A stretch of 64,000 nucleotides of DNA from NCBI GenBank assembly GCA_028287115.1, contig JAQBQF010000343.1, positions 1,733 to 65,732 of the forward strand, read 5' to 3'. The translations under genes and the position numbers were made by a program. This document shows positions 1 through 9,791 of this stretch, piece after piece; position 1 is the first letter of the stretch, and every line of letters begins with the position of its first letter. Source of the stretch: Myxococcales bacterium. GTDB taxonomy: Bacteria; Myxococcota_A; Polyangia; Haliangiales; Haliangiaceae. The notes under the pieces were generated by a model. The model was not told where the DNA came from, did not search any database, and saw only the letters and a program-made list of their open reading frames with translations.

Positions 1-625
1 CGCAGCGCGTGTGCCCAGTCGTTGCGGAGCATGCCGGGGACGCACCACAGGATGCACAGCGCCTCGATCGGCCGCGCCGATTCGACCATGCCCATGTCGG
101 CCGATTCCCAACCGAACTTCGTCAGAACTTCGCCGACCTGCTTCTTGGCGCCCGCATGGTTGCCGCAGATGAACATCGTCGGCGTGGCCGGGAACTTCGG
201 ATCGACCATCACGGCGCTGCCGATCGAGTTGAACGCCTTCACGAACCGAGCTTCTGGCGCTTTCTTCTGGAGGCGCTCCATCAGCGATTCATCTTGCGTG
301 GTGAAGTAGCGAAGCACGCCGTTTTGCGGCGGCGCGTCGGCGATCGGGTTCATCGTATCGATCACGAGCTTGCCGGCGAGGCTTGCTGCGAGTCGCCGAC
401 GAGCCCTTCCGCGGCCGTGCCCTTCACCGAGATCACGACGATCTCGCCCCATTTGGCCGCTTCCGCGAAGGTACCGACCGAGGCTTCGCCTTTGGCCGTG
501 GTCTTCCACTCGGCGAGCTTCTGCGGCTCGCGCGAGGCGCGCATCACCGCGTACCCGAGCTCGAGAAACCCGTTCGCGAGGGTCGCGCCAACAACACCTG
601 ATCCGAGAACAGCGACGTTTGTCAT
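1..625 (-). pseudogene. NADPH-dependent F420 reductase-like NAD(P)-binding oxidoreductase (PF03807 type) with a broken reading frame; 3' end runs off the window
   Basis: ATG at 625. ORF 362..625 carries the Rossmann motif VAVLGSGVVGATLA. My translation of the neighbouring minus-strand frame from 380 down to 1 is open: LAGKLVIDTMNPIADAPPQNGVLRYFTTQDESLMERLQKKAPEARFVKAFNSIGSAVMVDPKF...MFICGNHAGAKKQVGEVLTKFGW. The halves join only with a 1-nt shift near 380-383. Confidence 0.7.
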
Positions 626-647
626 GCGCGGACGCTACACCGCCCGC

Positions 648-2027
648 TTATTCGATCGTCTCGACGAGCTCCGGAAAGGTCGCCGGCGGAATCACGACAC
701 TGCCGGTCCGATGTTGGTACACGCTCCCGGGAGCAACGAGCGGCCGGCACACGGCCTCGTCGAGGATCTGCGCGCTCGGCACGGTCGCAAGATCCCGGAC
801 CTCCCATCCTGGATCGTCGCACGTCGTGTAGTTCGGTCCATCGAGCGGAGGAACGCCGTAGCACGCGGCTGCAAGCTGGGTCATCGGCCCCATGCAAGCC
901 GTATTGCTGAATGCATCGACGAGCTTTGGCTGGCGAGGCAGACAGCGAAACACACCGTCGGTTCCCATGAACGGAACGCACGACTGCTGGAGATCGTTGT
1001 CCCACGTCGCGATCGAGATCGAGATGCCGTCGGAGGTCGTCCAGTACAAGTTGCCGAGCCTGCCGTGGCGCGGCCCCGGCGCTGTCGTGCCGGTCGGATA
1101 TGGATCGGCGACCTGAGCGGCTGCGTACAGGCTGCTCGTCGCCGGGATCGCATGCGTCACGCAGCCCGTCGTGTCGCGAGTCCAGTAGGTAGGCGTGACA
1201 AAGGTACCGATCACGCCGTAGTTCGTGCTGTGTCTGCCGCACAGCGTGATGTCGTCGACATGGAATCTCGAGATCACCGCCAGATCCCCGGCTAGAAACC
1301 CGCGTTGCGTGCAGCCGGCATCTGCAAACACCGGCTGAAGGGGTGGCGATGTATCGCGACATTGCGTGACACCGAGCTCGCCCGCACCTTTGGGCGAGCA
1401 GGAGCCGGTCTGGAACGCAAGGGTTCCGAGATCGAGCGACGAGCCGTCGCCGAACCCCAGGAACACGTGGCTGTTGTCGCCGACGAGCCGATCCTCGTAC
1501 ACGGCCTTCGCGAACATCGTCGGGGGCATCTCCGTGCCGACCTGATGGAGGACGCTGTTCGGTGGCACTCCTTGGTTCGTGCACCCGGCCCGAACGTCAT
1601 ACGCGATCCCCGTGTAGAGCGCGGCGAATGGGTAGATGTGGAGGTTGCCGTTCGTGTCTGTGACCGATGCGAAGCGATCGTGACCGCACGGCGATGCGTA
1701 GCTCTGCGCGAGTCGCTGCGTGCACGTCGCATCGGAGTAGAAGGTTTGTGCGTTCGCGTGATTCGGTACGCAGCGCTCGATTCCGTCGGCGGCCGGTGCG
1801 GACGCACAATCGGTATCGAGCAACGTGTCGCGAAATCCCGCGAACACCGGATCGCCACCCTCGACCGGAACGTACAACCGCGCGCGAAACCGCGTGCCGC
1901 TCGTCCACCACGGCTTCAGTGGCGGCGCTGCGACATCAACGACATCGCTGCCTTGCGCATCGACCTGCTCGGCAAAATTCAGCCGGCACGCAGCAGCGAG
2001 CAGCAGGAGACACGGCCAGCGAGTCAC
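648..2027 (-). CDS. secreted or lipoprotein-like cysteine-rich protein of unknown function with three internal Cys modules
   Basis: The last 459 codons of ORF 648..2801 read like protein. An in-frame GTG at 2025-2027 gives MTRWPCLLLLAAAC (signal/lipobox-like). The rest of the ORF (2028..2801) is Arg-rich and antisense to 2187..3125. Start is uncertain. Confidence 0.6.
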   Translation of the reverse strand: MTRWPCLLLLAAACRLNFAEQVDAQGSDVVDVAAPPLKPWWTSGTRFRARLYVPVEGGDPVFAGFRDTLLDTDCASAPAADGIERCVPNHANAQTFYSDATCTQRLAQSYASPCGHDRFASVTDTNGNLHIYPFAALYTGIAYDVRAGCTNQGVPPNSVLHQVGTEMPPTMFAKAVYEDRLVGDNSHVFLGFGDGSSLDLGTLAFQTGSCSPKGAGELGVTQCRDTSPPLQPVFADAGCTQRGFLAGDLAVISRFHVDDITLCGRHSTNYGVIGTFVTPTYWTRDTTGCVTHAIPATSSLYAAAQVADPYPTGTTAPGPRHGRLGNLYWTTSDGISISIATWDNDLQQSCVPFMGTDGVFRCLPRQPKLVDAFSNTACMGPMTQLAAACYGVPPLDGPNYTTCDDPGWEVRDLATVPSAQILDEAVCRPLVAPGSVYQHRTGSVVIPPATFPELVETIE

Positions 2028-2186
2028 GCTCGAACCATACCGCGGTCCGACGATGTACGAGCCGTGCACAAAGCGAGAGCGTACGATCCATGCACACAAC
2101 AAACGCGTAAATTCTGTCGGTCGTCGTCGGATTTTGGTGGATGTCACCCCGGGGCGTCGCGGTACGACATCGCCGCGGAGGACGCC

Positions 2187-3125
2187 ATGAAGATGATCTC
2201 GATCTCGATCGCGCTCGCGATCACTGGTTGCACGAGCGGTCACAACGGAACGGACGTCGATGCATCGAGCGGTGATGGTTCGCCGTGGCAGGGCAGTGAT
2301 GGATCGTCGAGCGCGAAGCCGACGATCTTCACGATCGTGCTCGAGAACCACGACTACGCCGAGATCATCGGCTCGTCGAATGCGCCGTACATCAACTCGT
2401 TGCTCGCGCAAGGCGCGCTCGCGACGAACTACAAGGACACCAATCATCCATCGCTGCCGAACTACCTGCACATGATCAGCGGCGCGGATCAGTATCCGGG
2501 CTTCATCGATCTCGACCCGACGTTCACGCCGTTCCCGGTGACGGCGGCGAACCTCGGCACGCAGCTCGAGGCGGCGCACGTCACGTGGCGCTCGTATCAA
2601 GAGAGCATGGGCATGCCGTGCCGGTTGAGCGCGTCCGGCAAGTATGCGCCGAAGCACGACCCGTTCCTCTACTTCAAGGACATGCAGACGACCGCGCTGT
2701 GCACCGACAGGAACGTGGACTACTCGCAGTTCGCAGCGGATCTCGCGTCGAACACCTATCGCTATATGTGGATCACGCCGAACCTCACGAGCGACGGCCA
2801 CGATCCGGCGACCAATCCGGTCATGGGCCTTCAGACGAGCGACACGTGGATGAAGACGGAAGTTCCGAAGATCCTCGCGAGCGACGGCTTCAAGGCCGGT
2901 GGGATCCTGTTCATCACGTGGGACGAGGCCGAAGGTCGCGCCAATAACGACAAGGACAAGATCCCGATGATCATCCTGTCACCGCGGGTCAAGCAGGCCG
3001 GCATGACCTCGGCGACGGCGTTCACGCACTCGAGCTATCTCGCGACGATCGAAGACCTGCTCGCCCTCCCCCGCCTGCCGACGGTGACGAGCACGCCGGC
3101 GTTGATGGAATTCCTGAACCCGTAA
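2187..3125 (+). CDS. phosphoesterase-family lipoprotein (acid phosphatase / phospholipase C type, PF04185-like)
   Basis: ATG 2187 follows GGAGGA (2177-2182). Lipobox IALAITGC. Motifs TIVLENHDYAEIIG, HPSLPNYLHMISG and ITPNLTSDGHD. Confidence 0.8.
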   Translation: MKMISISIALAITGCTSGHNGTDVDASSGDGSPWQGSDGSSSAKPTIFTIVLENHDYAEIIGSSNAPYINSLLAQGALATNYKDTNHPSLPNYLHMISGADQYPGFIDLDPTFTPFPVTAANLGTQLEAAHVTWRSYQESMGMPCRLSASGKYAPKHDPFLYFKDMQTTALCTDRNVDYSQFAADLASNTYRYMWITPNLTSDGHDPATNPVMGLQTSDTWMKTEVPKILASDGFKAGGILFITWDEAEGRANNDKDKIPMIILSPRVKQAGMTSATAFTHSSYLATIEDLLALPRLPTVTSTPALMEFLNP

Positions 3126-3126
3126 T

Positions 3127-3984
3127 CTAGCGCCCGACGACGCGCGAGGCGCCGGTCTTCACGTAGAACGACCAATAGCCGATCTGCTCCCCGTAGCGAC
3201 GCTGGACCGCGGCCTCGTCCCACGTGTTGCCGTAGACGGCGCGGGCCTCGGTCGCGAACATCTCGAGCGAGGGCACCTGCTCGACCCGCCCGAGACCGCG
3301 CAGCAGGATCGCGCCGGCCGAGAACGGACCGATGCCGGGAATCTCGAGAAGCGCATCGCGCGCATCCGCGTACTTCGCGGTGCGCAGAAAGTCTTCGCCG
3401 ATCGCCGCGACGCCGCGCACGACCGTCGCGATGCGCTGACCTTTGCTGCGATGGCCGATCGCTCTGGCGATGTCTTCACCGTCGAGCTTCGCGAGCTCGC
3501 CAAGCTCGGGCATCGCGCGAATCGTCGCGCTACCGATCGTCACGGGCCGCCCGAAGCGCTCGAGAAACTTTCGCTTGAGCCGCGTCGCCATCGCGATCGG
3601 TGCGCGTTGCATCATCACGCAGTACACCGCGATCTCCTCGAGACCGAGAAACCGCACTTGATGTAGCCCGTACAGCGAGGTCACGAGCGTGCGAAATGGC
3701 GGATCCGCCTCGGCCGCCTTGTAGAGCGCCGCGAGATCGTCGGTCGCGCCGATAAAATCCGAGGCTCGCCTCGCGATCGAGCGCGGAGCATCGTCCGGCA
3801 CTTCGAGCGTCAGGTTGTGGTCACCGCGCAACGTGAATGGCCACGCGCGACCACCGATCGAGACCGCGGCGGTGACGCTGTCGTCGGTGATGATGGTTTC
3901 GGCCTGACACGGCGGAAACCGCTTCATGAAGGTGAGCGTCTGGGCGAACGAAAAGGGCTTCTGGGTGACGACGGTGAGCTTCAT
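3127..3984 (-). CDS. HhH-GPD DNA glycosylase, AlkA / 3-methyladenine glycosylase II-like
   Basis: 285-aa ORF with helix-hairpin-helix LLEIPGIGPFSAGAILLRGLG and AlkA-like layout. Confidence 0.8.
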   Translation of the reverse strand: MKLTVVTQKPFSFAQTLTFMKRFPPCQAETIITDDSVTAAVSIGGRAWPFTLRGDHNLTLEVPDDAPRSIARRASDFIGATDDLAALYKAAEADPPFRTLVTSLYGLHQVRFLGLEEIAVYCVMMQRAPIAMATRLKRKFLERFGRPVTIGSATIRAMPELGELAKLDGEDIARAIGHRSKGQRIATVVRGVAAIGEDFLRTAKYADARDALLEIPGIGPFSAGAILLRGLGRVEQVPSLEMFATEARAVYGNTWDEAAVQRRYGEQIGYWSFYVKTGASRVVGR

Positions 3985-4017
3985 ATGCTCGTGTTACGCC
4001 CTCGTTGTGTCAGCTGA

Positions 4018-4803
4018 TTGTCAGGTTTGGCGTGTCACGATGGTGCGCAGGTGCAAAGGCTCGTCTTCCCAGTCCTCACGGGCCTCGCGATCTTGGCGGT
4101 GTGGTGGGCAAGCGAGGCCGCCGGAATGTTTCCGACCGGCACGGTGCCGGCCCCGGGCGCGGTCGCATCGGCATTCGTCGGCGAGATCGCGTCCGGACGG
4201 CTGCTCGACGACGTGATCGCCTCGCTGTACCGCGTCGCGTGGGGCTTTGTCACCGCGGTGATCACCGCCGTACCACTCGGGCTCGTGATCGGCCGCCATG
4301 CTGCAACCCGCGGTGCACTGCTTCCTTGGATCAACTTCTTCCGGTCGCTGTCACCGATCGCGTGGATCCCGTTCGCGATCATCTGGTTCGGTGTTGGCGA
4401 TCCGCCCGCGATCTTCATCATCTTCATCGCGACGTTTTTTCAGATCGTCCTCGCGACGGCGGCCGCCTCGGCTTCGGTCCCGAAGGTCTACTACCGGGTC
4501 GCAGAAGACCTGGACCTGCGGGGCCGCGACATCTTGTTCCGCGTGACCCTGCCCGCGATCTTGCCTCAGCTCGTCACCGGCCTGCGCGTCGCCATCGGTG
4601 TCGCCTGGATGGTCGTCGTCGCGGCCGAAATGATCGCCGTGCGCAGCGGCCTCGGGTTTCTGATCGTCGACGCACGCAATGGACTGCGCATGGATCTCGT
4701 CGTGTGCGGCATGATCACGATCGGCGCGATCGGCATCGGGCTCGACGCCGCGTTCGCTCGGCTGACCCGGATCCCGAGCGTGCGCTGGGGCTTTGATAGA
4801 TGA
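4018..4803 (+). CDS. ABC transporter permease, NitT/TauT (SsuC/TauC-like) family
   Basis: Multi-pass membrane protein with loop VAAEMIAVRSGLGFLIVDA. TTG 4018 or GTG 4051 are possible starts. Its stop overlaps the next ATG (ATGA at 4800-4803). Confidence 0.85.
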   Translation: MSGLACHDGAQVQRLVFPVLTGLAILAVWWASEAAGMFPTGTVPAPGAVASAFVGEIASGRLLDDVIASLYRVAWGFVTAVITAVPLGLVIGRHAATRGALLPWINFFRSLSPIAWIPFAIIWFGVGDPPAIFIIFIATFFQIVLATAAASASVPKVYYRVAEDLDLRGRDILFRVTLPAILPQLVTGLRVAIGVAWMVVVAAEMIAVRSGLGFLIVDARNGLRMDLVVCGMITIGAIGIGLDAAFARLTRIPSVRWGFDR

Positions 4804-5513
4804 GCGAAGTGGTGCTCGCGCTGAGCGGCGTCGGCTTCGACTACGGATCACTCCGCGTGATCGACGAGCTCGATCTCACCGTCACGCGCGGCGAGCTCGT
4901 CGTGTGCGTCGGCCCGTCCGGCTGCGGCAAGTCGACGCTGCTCGCGTTATTCGGCGGTCACCTCGTGCCGACGCGCGGCAAGCTCGAACGTCACGGCCAG
5001 AGCCGTACGATCTACCAGGATGGCGGATTATTTCCGTGGCTCACCGTGCGCGAGAACATCGAACGCGGTCTCCGCCGGGGCATCACCGCGGGCGAACGCG
5101 GCGACAAAGTGCGTGACTGGCTCGCGATCACGCATCTTGCAGAGTTCGCCCATCACTATCCTCATCAACTGTCCGGAGGCATGAGGCAGCGCGTCGAGCT
5201 CGCGCGCGCGCTTGCGGCCGAGACGGATATCCTGCTGATGGACGAGCCGTTCTCCGCGCTTGACTATCAAACGCGCACGCGCATGCGCCGCGAGCTCGTC
5301 GCGACCTTGACGGAACGCCCGCGCACGGTCGTGTTCGTCACGCACGACATCGAGGAGGCGGCGCAGCTCGGAGATCGAGTCGTGATCCTCGGATCGCGCC
5401 CCACCGGTGTGCGTCGTGTGTTGTCGTTACCGCCCGGACGCCCGCGGCCACCGGCGGCACCCGGCGTCGCGGAGGCCGCCCAGGCGATCCTCGAGGAGCT
5501 CGGGCTGACATGA
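4800..5513 (+). CDS. ABC transporter ATP-binding protein (SsuB/TauB-like)
   Basis: Walker A GPSGCGKST, signature LSGGMRQRV, Walker B ILLMDEPFSALD. ATGA overlaps at both ends. Confidence 0.92.
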   Translation: MSEVVLALSGVGFDYGSLRVIDELDLTVTRGELVVCVGPSGCGKSTLLALFGGHLVPTRGKLERHGQSRTIYQDGGLFPWLTVRENIERGLRRGITAGERGDKVRDWLAITHLAEFAHHYPHQLSGGMRQRVELARALAAETDILLMDEPFSALDYQTRTRMRRELVATLTERPRTVVFVTHDIEEAAQLGDRVVILGSRPTGVRRVLSLPPGRPRPPAAPGVAEAAQAILEELGLT

Positions 5514-6517
5514 CCTACAAGACTCGCTTGATCGTGATCACGGTCGTCATCCTCGGGGTCCTGACGGTGCTGCACCACAAGCCGTGGCGCCACGCCGGAT
5601 CGATCGCCGAAGCAGAGCTCGCGGTCGGTTACCTGCCGGTGACGTGTCATCTCACCTGCCCCGTGACGGACTTCGCGACCAAGACGACGACGACGAGCAC
5701 GCGGTTCGTGTCGCAGCGGTTCACCGATTTTCCGACCGTCGTCGAGTCGCTGAAGGCCCGCAAGATCGACGCGACCTTCATCCTGGCGCCACTCGCGATG
5801 GTGCTGCGCGAGCAGGGCGTGCCGATCCACATCGTCTATCTCGGCCATCGCGACGGCTCGACGGTGATCGTCCCGAAGAGCTCGACCGCGCGCTCGCTGC
5901 GCGATCTCAAAGGCAAGACGTTCGCGCGGCCCAGCCGGTTCTCGAATCAGTATCTCGTGATCACGAAGCTCATGGAGGACGAGGGCATGCAGCCGGAGGA
6001 CCTGAACTTCGTGGACTTGCCGCCCCCGGAGATGCCGAGCGCGCTCGCAGCAGGTGCGATCGATGCGTACTTCATCGGCGAGCCGTTCGCCGCGAAGGCC
6101 GAGCTCGACGGTACGGGACGAGTCCTCTACTACGCGAAGGACATCTGGCCGCACTTCGTGTCTTGCGTGCTCGTCGTGCGCGACGAGCTGATCGACCAGC
6201 ACCCCGAGATCGTGCGCGACCTGGTACGTGGAATTGCCGAGAGCGGCGAGTGGATCGAACGCAACCGGCTCGAGGCCGCGCGGATCTCGGCGCCGTATTT
6301 CCGCCAGGACCAGAAGCTGCTCGAGTTCGTGCTAACCCAGCCGCCGGATCGCGTCAGCTATCGAGAGCTGACGCCTACCGACGAAGATCTCCACGCGATC
6401 ATGCATTACGCGATCAAGGCCGGGATCCTGCGCCGCGAGATCGATCTCGGCAACATCGTCGATCGCCGGTTCATCCCCGATCACATCGCGCCGGCGAACA
6501 TCACCGCTGCTCACTAA
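5510..6517 (+). CDS. membrane-anchored substrate-binding protein, NMT1/SsuA-like
   Basis: N-terminal TM LIVITVVILGVLTVL followed by a periplasmic-binding-protein-like sequence (KIDATFILAPLAMV, AGAIDAYFIGEPF). Last gene of the ABC operon. Confidence 0.8.
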   Translation: MTYKTRLIVITVVILGVLTVLHHKPWRHAGSIAEAELAVGYLPVTCHLTCPVTDFATKTTTTSTRFVSQRFTDFPTVVESLKARKIDATFILAPLAMVLREQGVPIHIVYLGHRDGSTVIVPKSSTARSLRDLKGKTFARPSRFSNQYLVITKLMEDEGMQPEDLNFVDLPPPEMPSALAAGAIDAYFIGEPFAAKAELDGTGRVLYYAKDIWPHFVSCVLVVRDELIDQHPEIVRDLVRGIAESGEWIERNRLEAARISAPYFRQDQKLLEFVLTQPPDRVSYRELTPTDEDLHAIMHYAIKAGILRREIDLGNIVDRRFIPDHIAPANITAAH

Positions 6518-6553
6518 TCGATCGTCAGGCGGGCGGTACCCGGGAACGCAGAC

Positions 6554-7234
6554 TCACTTCTCGATCGGCGGAAACGATCCGCCACCGAGCGAAGGAAGTG
6601 ACGGTCCCGATGGAACGATCGTGCCTGGGGCAGAAGGTGTGGCACTCGCCGAAGGCGAGCTCGGACTCGACTCATCGCCGAGCACGAGCTGCGCGAATCG
6701 CCAGCCGACGGCCGCCCACGCGCTGCCGTAGACGAGCACCATCGCCGCTGCGATCCGTCCCAGCTCGCCTGCCGGGCCCTTCTTGAGCAACATCTGGAAG
6801 GCGAGGACGAGGCCGATGAATCCGAACAAACCGGTGAGGAGCAAGTTGTACCCGGCGAACAGACGCCGCACGCTCGGAAACCGATCCTGGTTCGTGCGAG
6901 CGAGCAGCGCGAGGTGCGCACCGAGCACGAGCCCCGCCGGCATCATCAGGCCAAACGCCATGCGATACAACGAGCCCTTGCCGTCGAGGTTCGACAAGAT
7001 CGCGTAGATGAACAGCATCGCTCCCGCGAGCACGACCTGAAACGCGGTGATCGCGAAGTAGTCGAGCGCTACCTTGATCCCGAGCTGCGGATCCGTGATC
7101 GCATCGCGATGGGCGCGCCACCGCGCGATCACGTAGAGCACGAACGGGACCACGAGCAGCGCGAGCGCCGCGTACATCATCGTCATCGGTGCCATCAGGC
7201 TCAGCAGAAAGAACGGATCGCGATCGACGTCCAT
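6554..7234 (-). CDS. multi-pass membrane protein, unknown function
   Basis: 226-aa ORF with several long hydrophobic segments, an S/P-rich C-terminal tail and host-like codon usage. Confidence 0.65.
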   Translation of the reverse strand: MDVDRDPFFLLSLMAPMTMMYAALALLVVPFVLYVIARWRAHRDAITDPQLGIKVALDYFAITAFQVVLAGAMLFIYAILSNLDGKGSLYRMAFGLMMPAGLVLGAHLALLARTNQDRFPSVRRLFAGYNLLLTGLFGFIGLVLAFQMLLKKGPAGELGRIAAAMVLVYGSAWAAVGWRFAQLVLGDESSPSSPSASATPSAPGTIVPSGPSLPSLGGGSFPPIEK

Positions 7235-7253
7235 TGCTCGGATGCTACCGCGA

Positions 7254-8504
7254 TCAGGCCGCGATCAGCTTGTACACGGCGCCGTCGAGCGTCACGAAGT
7301 AGAGCTCTCCCGCTAGATCTTCACCGAATCCGACGAGCAACGTCAGATCCTGGCCGAACATGGTCGTCAGCTCCGTTTCGCTGGTGACGGCGGCGCCGGT
7401 CCACACGAAGCTCAGCACCTTGCCGACGCCAAACACCGCGAAGATGTAGCGGCCGCGCAAGCACGCCATCGAGCCGCGATAGACGTAGCCGCCGATGATC
7501 ACGCTGTAGGTCGGCTCGTGCGCGCGCTCGTAGATCGGCAGCGTCCCCGGCGCGCCGCAAGACGTGGTCCCGTTCGCGCAGTGCATGCCTTCCATGCGAT
7601 CCCAGCCGTAATCGCGGTGTCCCGTATTCGGTGGCTCGAGATCGACTTCTTCAAAGCGAGTCTCACCGGCATCCGCGACGTAGAGCTCGTGCGTGACGCG
7701 ATCGAAGCTGAACCGATACGGATTGCGAAACCCGTAATCCCAGACGTAGGGATCCGCGGCGCCGCCGAGGTTTCCCGCGGGAGGCGTCGCGGGATTGTTG
7801 ACGTCGATCCGCAACATCTTGCCGCGTCGCGAGGTCAGCGTCGGCGCATCTGAAGGCATCCCGGCGGCATCGCCCATCGCGAGCCACAGCGCCGCATCGG
7901 GCCCGAACGCGATCGTGCCGCCGAGGCTGTTGTAACCGTCTTGCTGCGCATCGATCAGATCGCGCACCGGCGCAGCGCTCGCGACATCGGGATTGGTCGA
8001 GCGGTGGTACTCGCGCACGGCGACCCGCGTCGGCTTTGCCGGCGACACCTGCGCCTTGAGGCTCAGGTAGACGAAGAAGCGACCGCTTGTCACGTAGTCG
8101 GCCGCGAAGGCGAGCCCGAGCAGCCCGCCTTCCGCTTGCGCATTCGGGATGTTGACCTCGGCGGTGACGTCGAGGAACGGCGTCGCGAGCACGCTGCCGT
8201 TACGGATGATCACGATCCGGCCCGGCTTCTCGACGACATAGAGGTCGCTCGAACCGGGTGGCTGCACGACGATCAGCGGCTGCGCGAGGCCGCTGGCGAT
8301 CAGCTGTAGCCTGAGCGCTGGGACCGAGCCCGGATTCGCGCACGCCGGATCTGCGTCGGCCGCTGTAGCGACATCACGTGCTCCGTCGCCGAGACCGGTG
8401 TCGCTTCCGCCGCTCGCATCGGTGCCCGCATGATTGCCGCCGCAGGCGGGTGTGAGCGCGAGAAGATCGACCAGCGTAAGAACGAGGAGTCGGCGCGCGA
8501 TCAC
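7254..8504 (-). CDS. PQQ-dependent glucose/sorbosone dehydrogenase-like lipoprotein (PF07995 type)
   Basis: GTG 8504. Lipobox LALTPACGG. Motifs GGLLGLAF, YGFRNPYRFSFD and GWDRMEG. Confidence 0.85.
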   Translation of the reverse strand: MIARRLLVLTLVDLLALTPACGGNHAGTDASGGSDTGLGDGARDVATAADADPACANPGSVPALRLQLIASGLAQPLIVVQPPGSSDLYVVEKPGRIVIIRNGSVLATPFLDVTAEVNIPNAQAEGGLLGLAFAADYVTSGRFFVYLSLKAQVSPAKPTRVAVREYHRSTNPDVASAAPVRDLIDAQQDGYNSLGGTIAFGPDAALWLAMGDAAGMPSDAPTLTSRRGKMLRIDVNNPATPPAGNLGGAADPYVWDYGFRNPYRFSFDRVTHELYVADAGETRFEEVDLEPPNTGHRDYGWDRMEGMHCANGTTSCGAPGTLPIYERAHEPTYSVIIGGYVYRGSMACLRGRYIFAVFGVGKVLSFVWTGAAVTSETELTTMFGQDLTLLVGFGEDLAGELYFVTLDGAVYKLIAA

Positions 8505-8595
8505 CAGGTCCAGGATATACGAGCCAGCAGCCGATCTGGTCGACCAAACTCCCTCGAACCGAACGGCTGTTTCGCATCTAACATGGTGAGACGTT

Positions 8596-9762
8596 CTAAC
8601 GCTGCCGCAAGCTGCGCCATGTCGCGAGTGCCCACGCCTGATCCTGTGCGCTGCCTTTGCACGTGATGATCGCGACGTGCGGTGCGCTGGCCATCAGGCC
8701 ATGCACGACATGCACGCCGTCGTCGATGTACGCCTCGGCGCGGCCGCGACGCGCGCCATCGGACATCCGCTCGATCACCGGATGATGCTCGGGAGCCACG
8801 TCGAGTAGCCGTTGCGAGTCTTGCTCTTCGTTCGCCGTCAGCGTCGTGACTTCGATCGCGCGATCGCCGTCTGTCGACCAGTAGCGCGCTCCGTCGTCTT
8901 CCCACGCACCGACGAAACCGCCGCCGAGCTGCACGACCCAGCCTCCCGACAGCTCGACGATCAGGTCATGCCGGCGATACCCGATGACAGGTGTGAGGCC
9001 GGCGGCGCGCGCGCGCGCTTCTTCGTCTTCGCGATCTCCAAGGTGATCGAGGAGCTCCACCCACTCGGCCCACGGCAGCTCGAGCTCGCGATCCGCCTTA
9101 CGCGCGGCGCGTAGATCGTCATCGACCCTCGTCATCAGCTCGCGCTCCGCTTTGTCGAGCGGCTCGCGCCACGGCACCTCATGCCACATCGCGAGTAACG
9201 CGCGTGATCGCGCCGCCTGTCCGGGCCCGGTGTGCCACCACGCAAAGGCGTCCGCACCGCGCTGCGGATCGGCGAGCACGGCATCGCGCCACGCAGCGTC
9301 ACGTGGACCGAGCATCGTCAGGACGGGCGCATCGATCACGAACTCCCGCACGGCTCCGAGCTTGATCTGTTGATCCGCGGCCAGCTCGCCGGCGAGCCAC
9401 CGACACATCGCCGCTGGAACATCATCCTCGGGATCCGTCCACACGTAATCGAGCTCGTCGAGGAGCGGCGCGAGCCGAGCGAGGACATCGGCGTGATACC
9501 CCGGCCCGATGCCAGAGGTCTCGCCGGAGACCGTCAGCTCGCCATCGGGCTCGACCGACAGCACGACCTGTGGCGCGACCGGATGACAATCGAGCTCGAC
9601 GACGTACCTGTCCTGCTTCCACCCCGCTCGCAAGACCTGGCCCTTTGCCATCCGGCGCGCGAGCCAGCCAAGGCGCTCCGCGACCTTTCGCGTGTCCGGC
9701 GCACGACGAAACAGCCCGCGACCTTTGCGAGAGCGTGCGCGGCGGTCGAGACCGAACCCCAC
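8596..9762 (-). CDS. hypothetical protein
   Basis: 388-aa ORF with good codon usage and no recognised motif. GTG 9762 and ATG 9651 are alternative starts. Confidence 0.6.
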   Translation of the reverse strand: MGFGLDRRARSRKGRGLFRRAPDTRKVAERLGWLARRMAKGQVLRAGWKQDRYVVELDCHPVAPQVVLSVEPDGELTVSGETSGIGPGYHADVLARLAPLLDELDYVWTDPEDDVPAAMCRWLAGELAADQQIKLGAVREFVIDAPVLTMLGPRDAAWRDAVLADPQRGADAFAWWHTGPGQAARSRALLAMWHEVPWREPLDKAERELMTRVDDDLRAARKADRELELPWAEWVELLDHLGDREDEEARARAAGLTPVIGYRRHDLIVELSGGWVVQLGGGFVGAWEDDGARYWSTDGDRAIEVTTLTANEEQDSQRLLDVAPEHHPVIERMSDGARRGRAEAYIDDGVHVVHGLMASAPHVAIITCKGSAQDQAWALATWRSLRQR

Positions 9763-9791
9763 GCACCGAGGATACGGTACGATGGGTCGCG

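Noticed and set aside
375-395. Programmed ribosomal frameshifting as the explanation for the frame breaks at about 380 and about 56545.
   Set aside because: Neither site has an X-XXY-YYZ slippery heptamer or an obvious downstream structure. A 1-nt indel (error or mutation) is simpler.
9-1295. 428-aa plus-strand ORF at the window start.
   Set aside because: The composition is Arg-rich noise. It overlaps the F420-reductase-like gene and the Cys-rich protein gene on the other strand, both of which read as real proteins.
2028-2801. N-terminal extensions of track ORFs: 648..2801 upstream of 2027, 1305..3125 upstream of 2187, 45470..48091 upstream of 47053, 48477..50111 upstream of 49335, 56041..58101 upstream of about 56540, and 39809/40042 upstream of 40049/40651.
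   Set aside because: The extensions overlap other well-supported genes and are compositionally noise. Internal starts with an SD and/or signal peptide fit much better.
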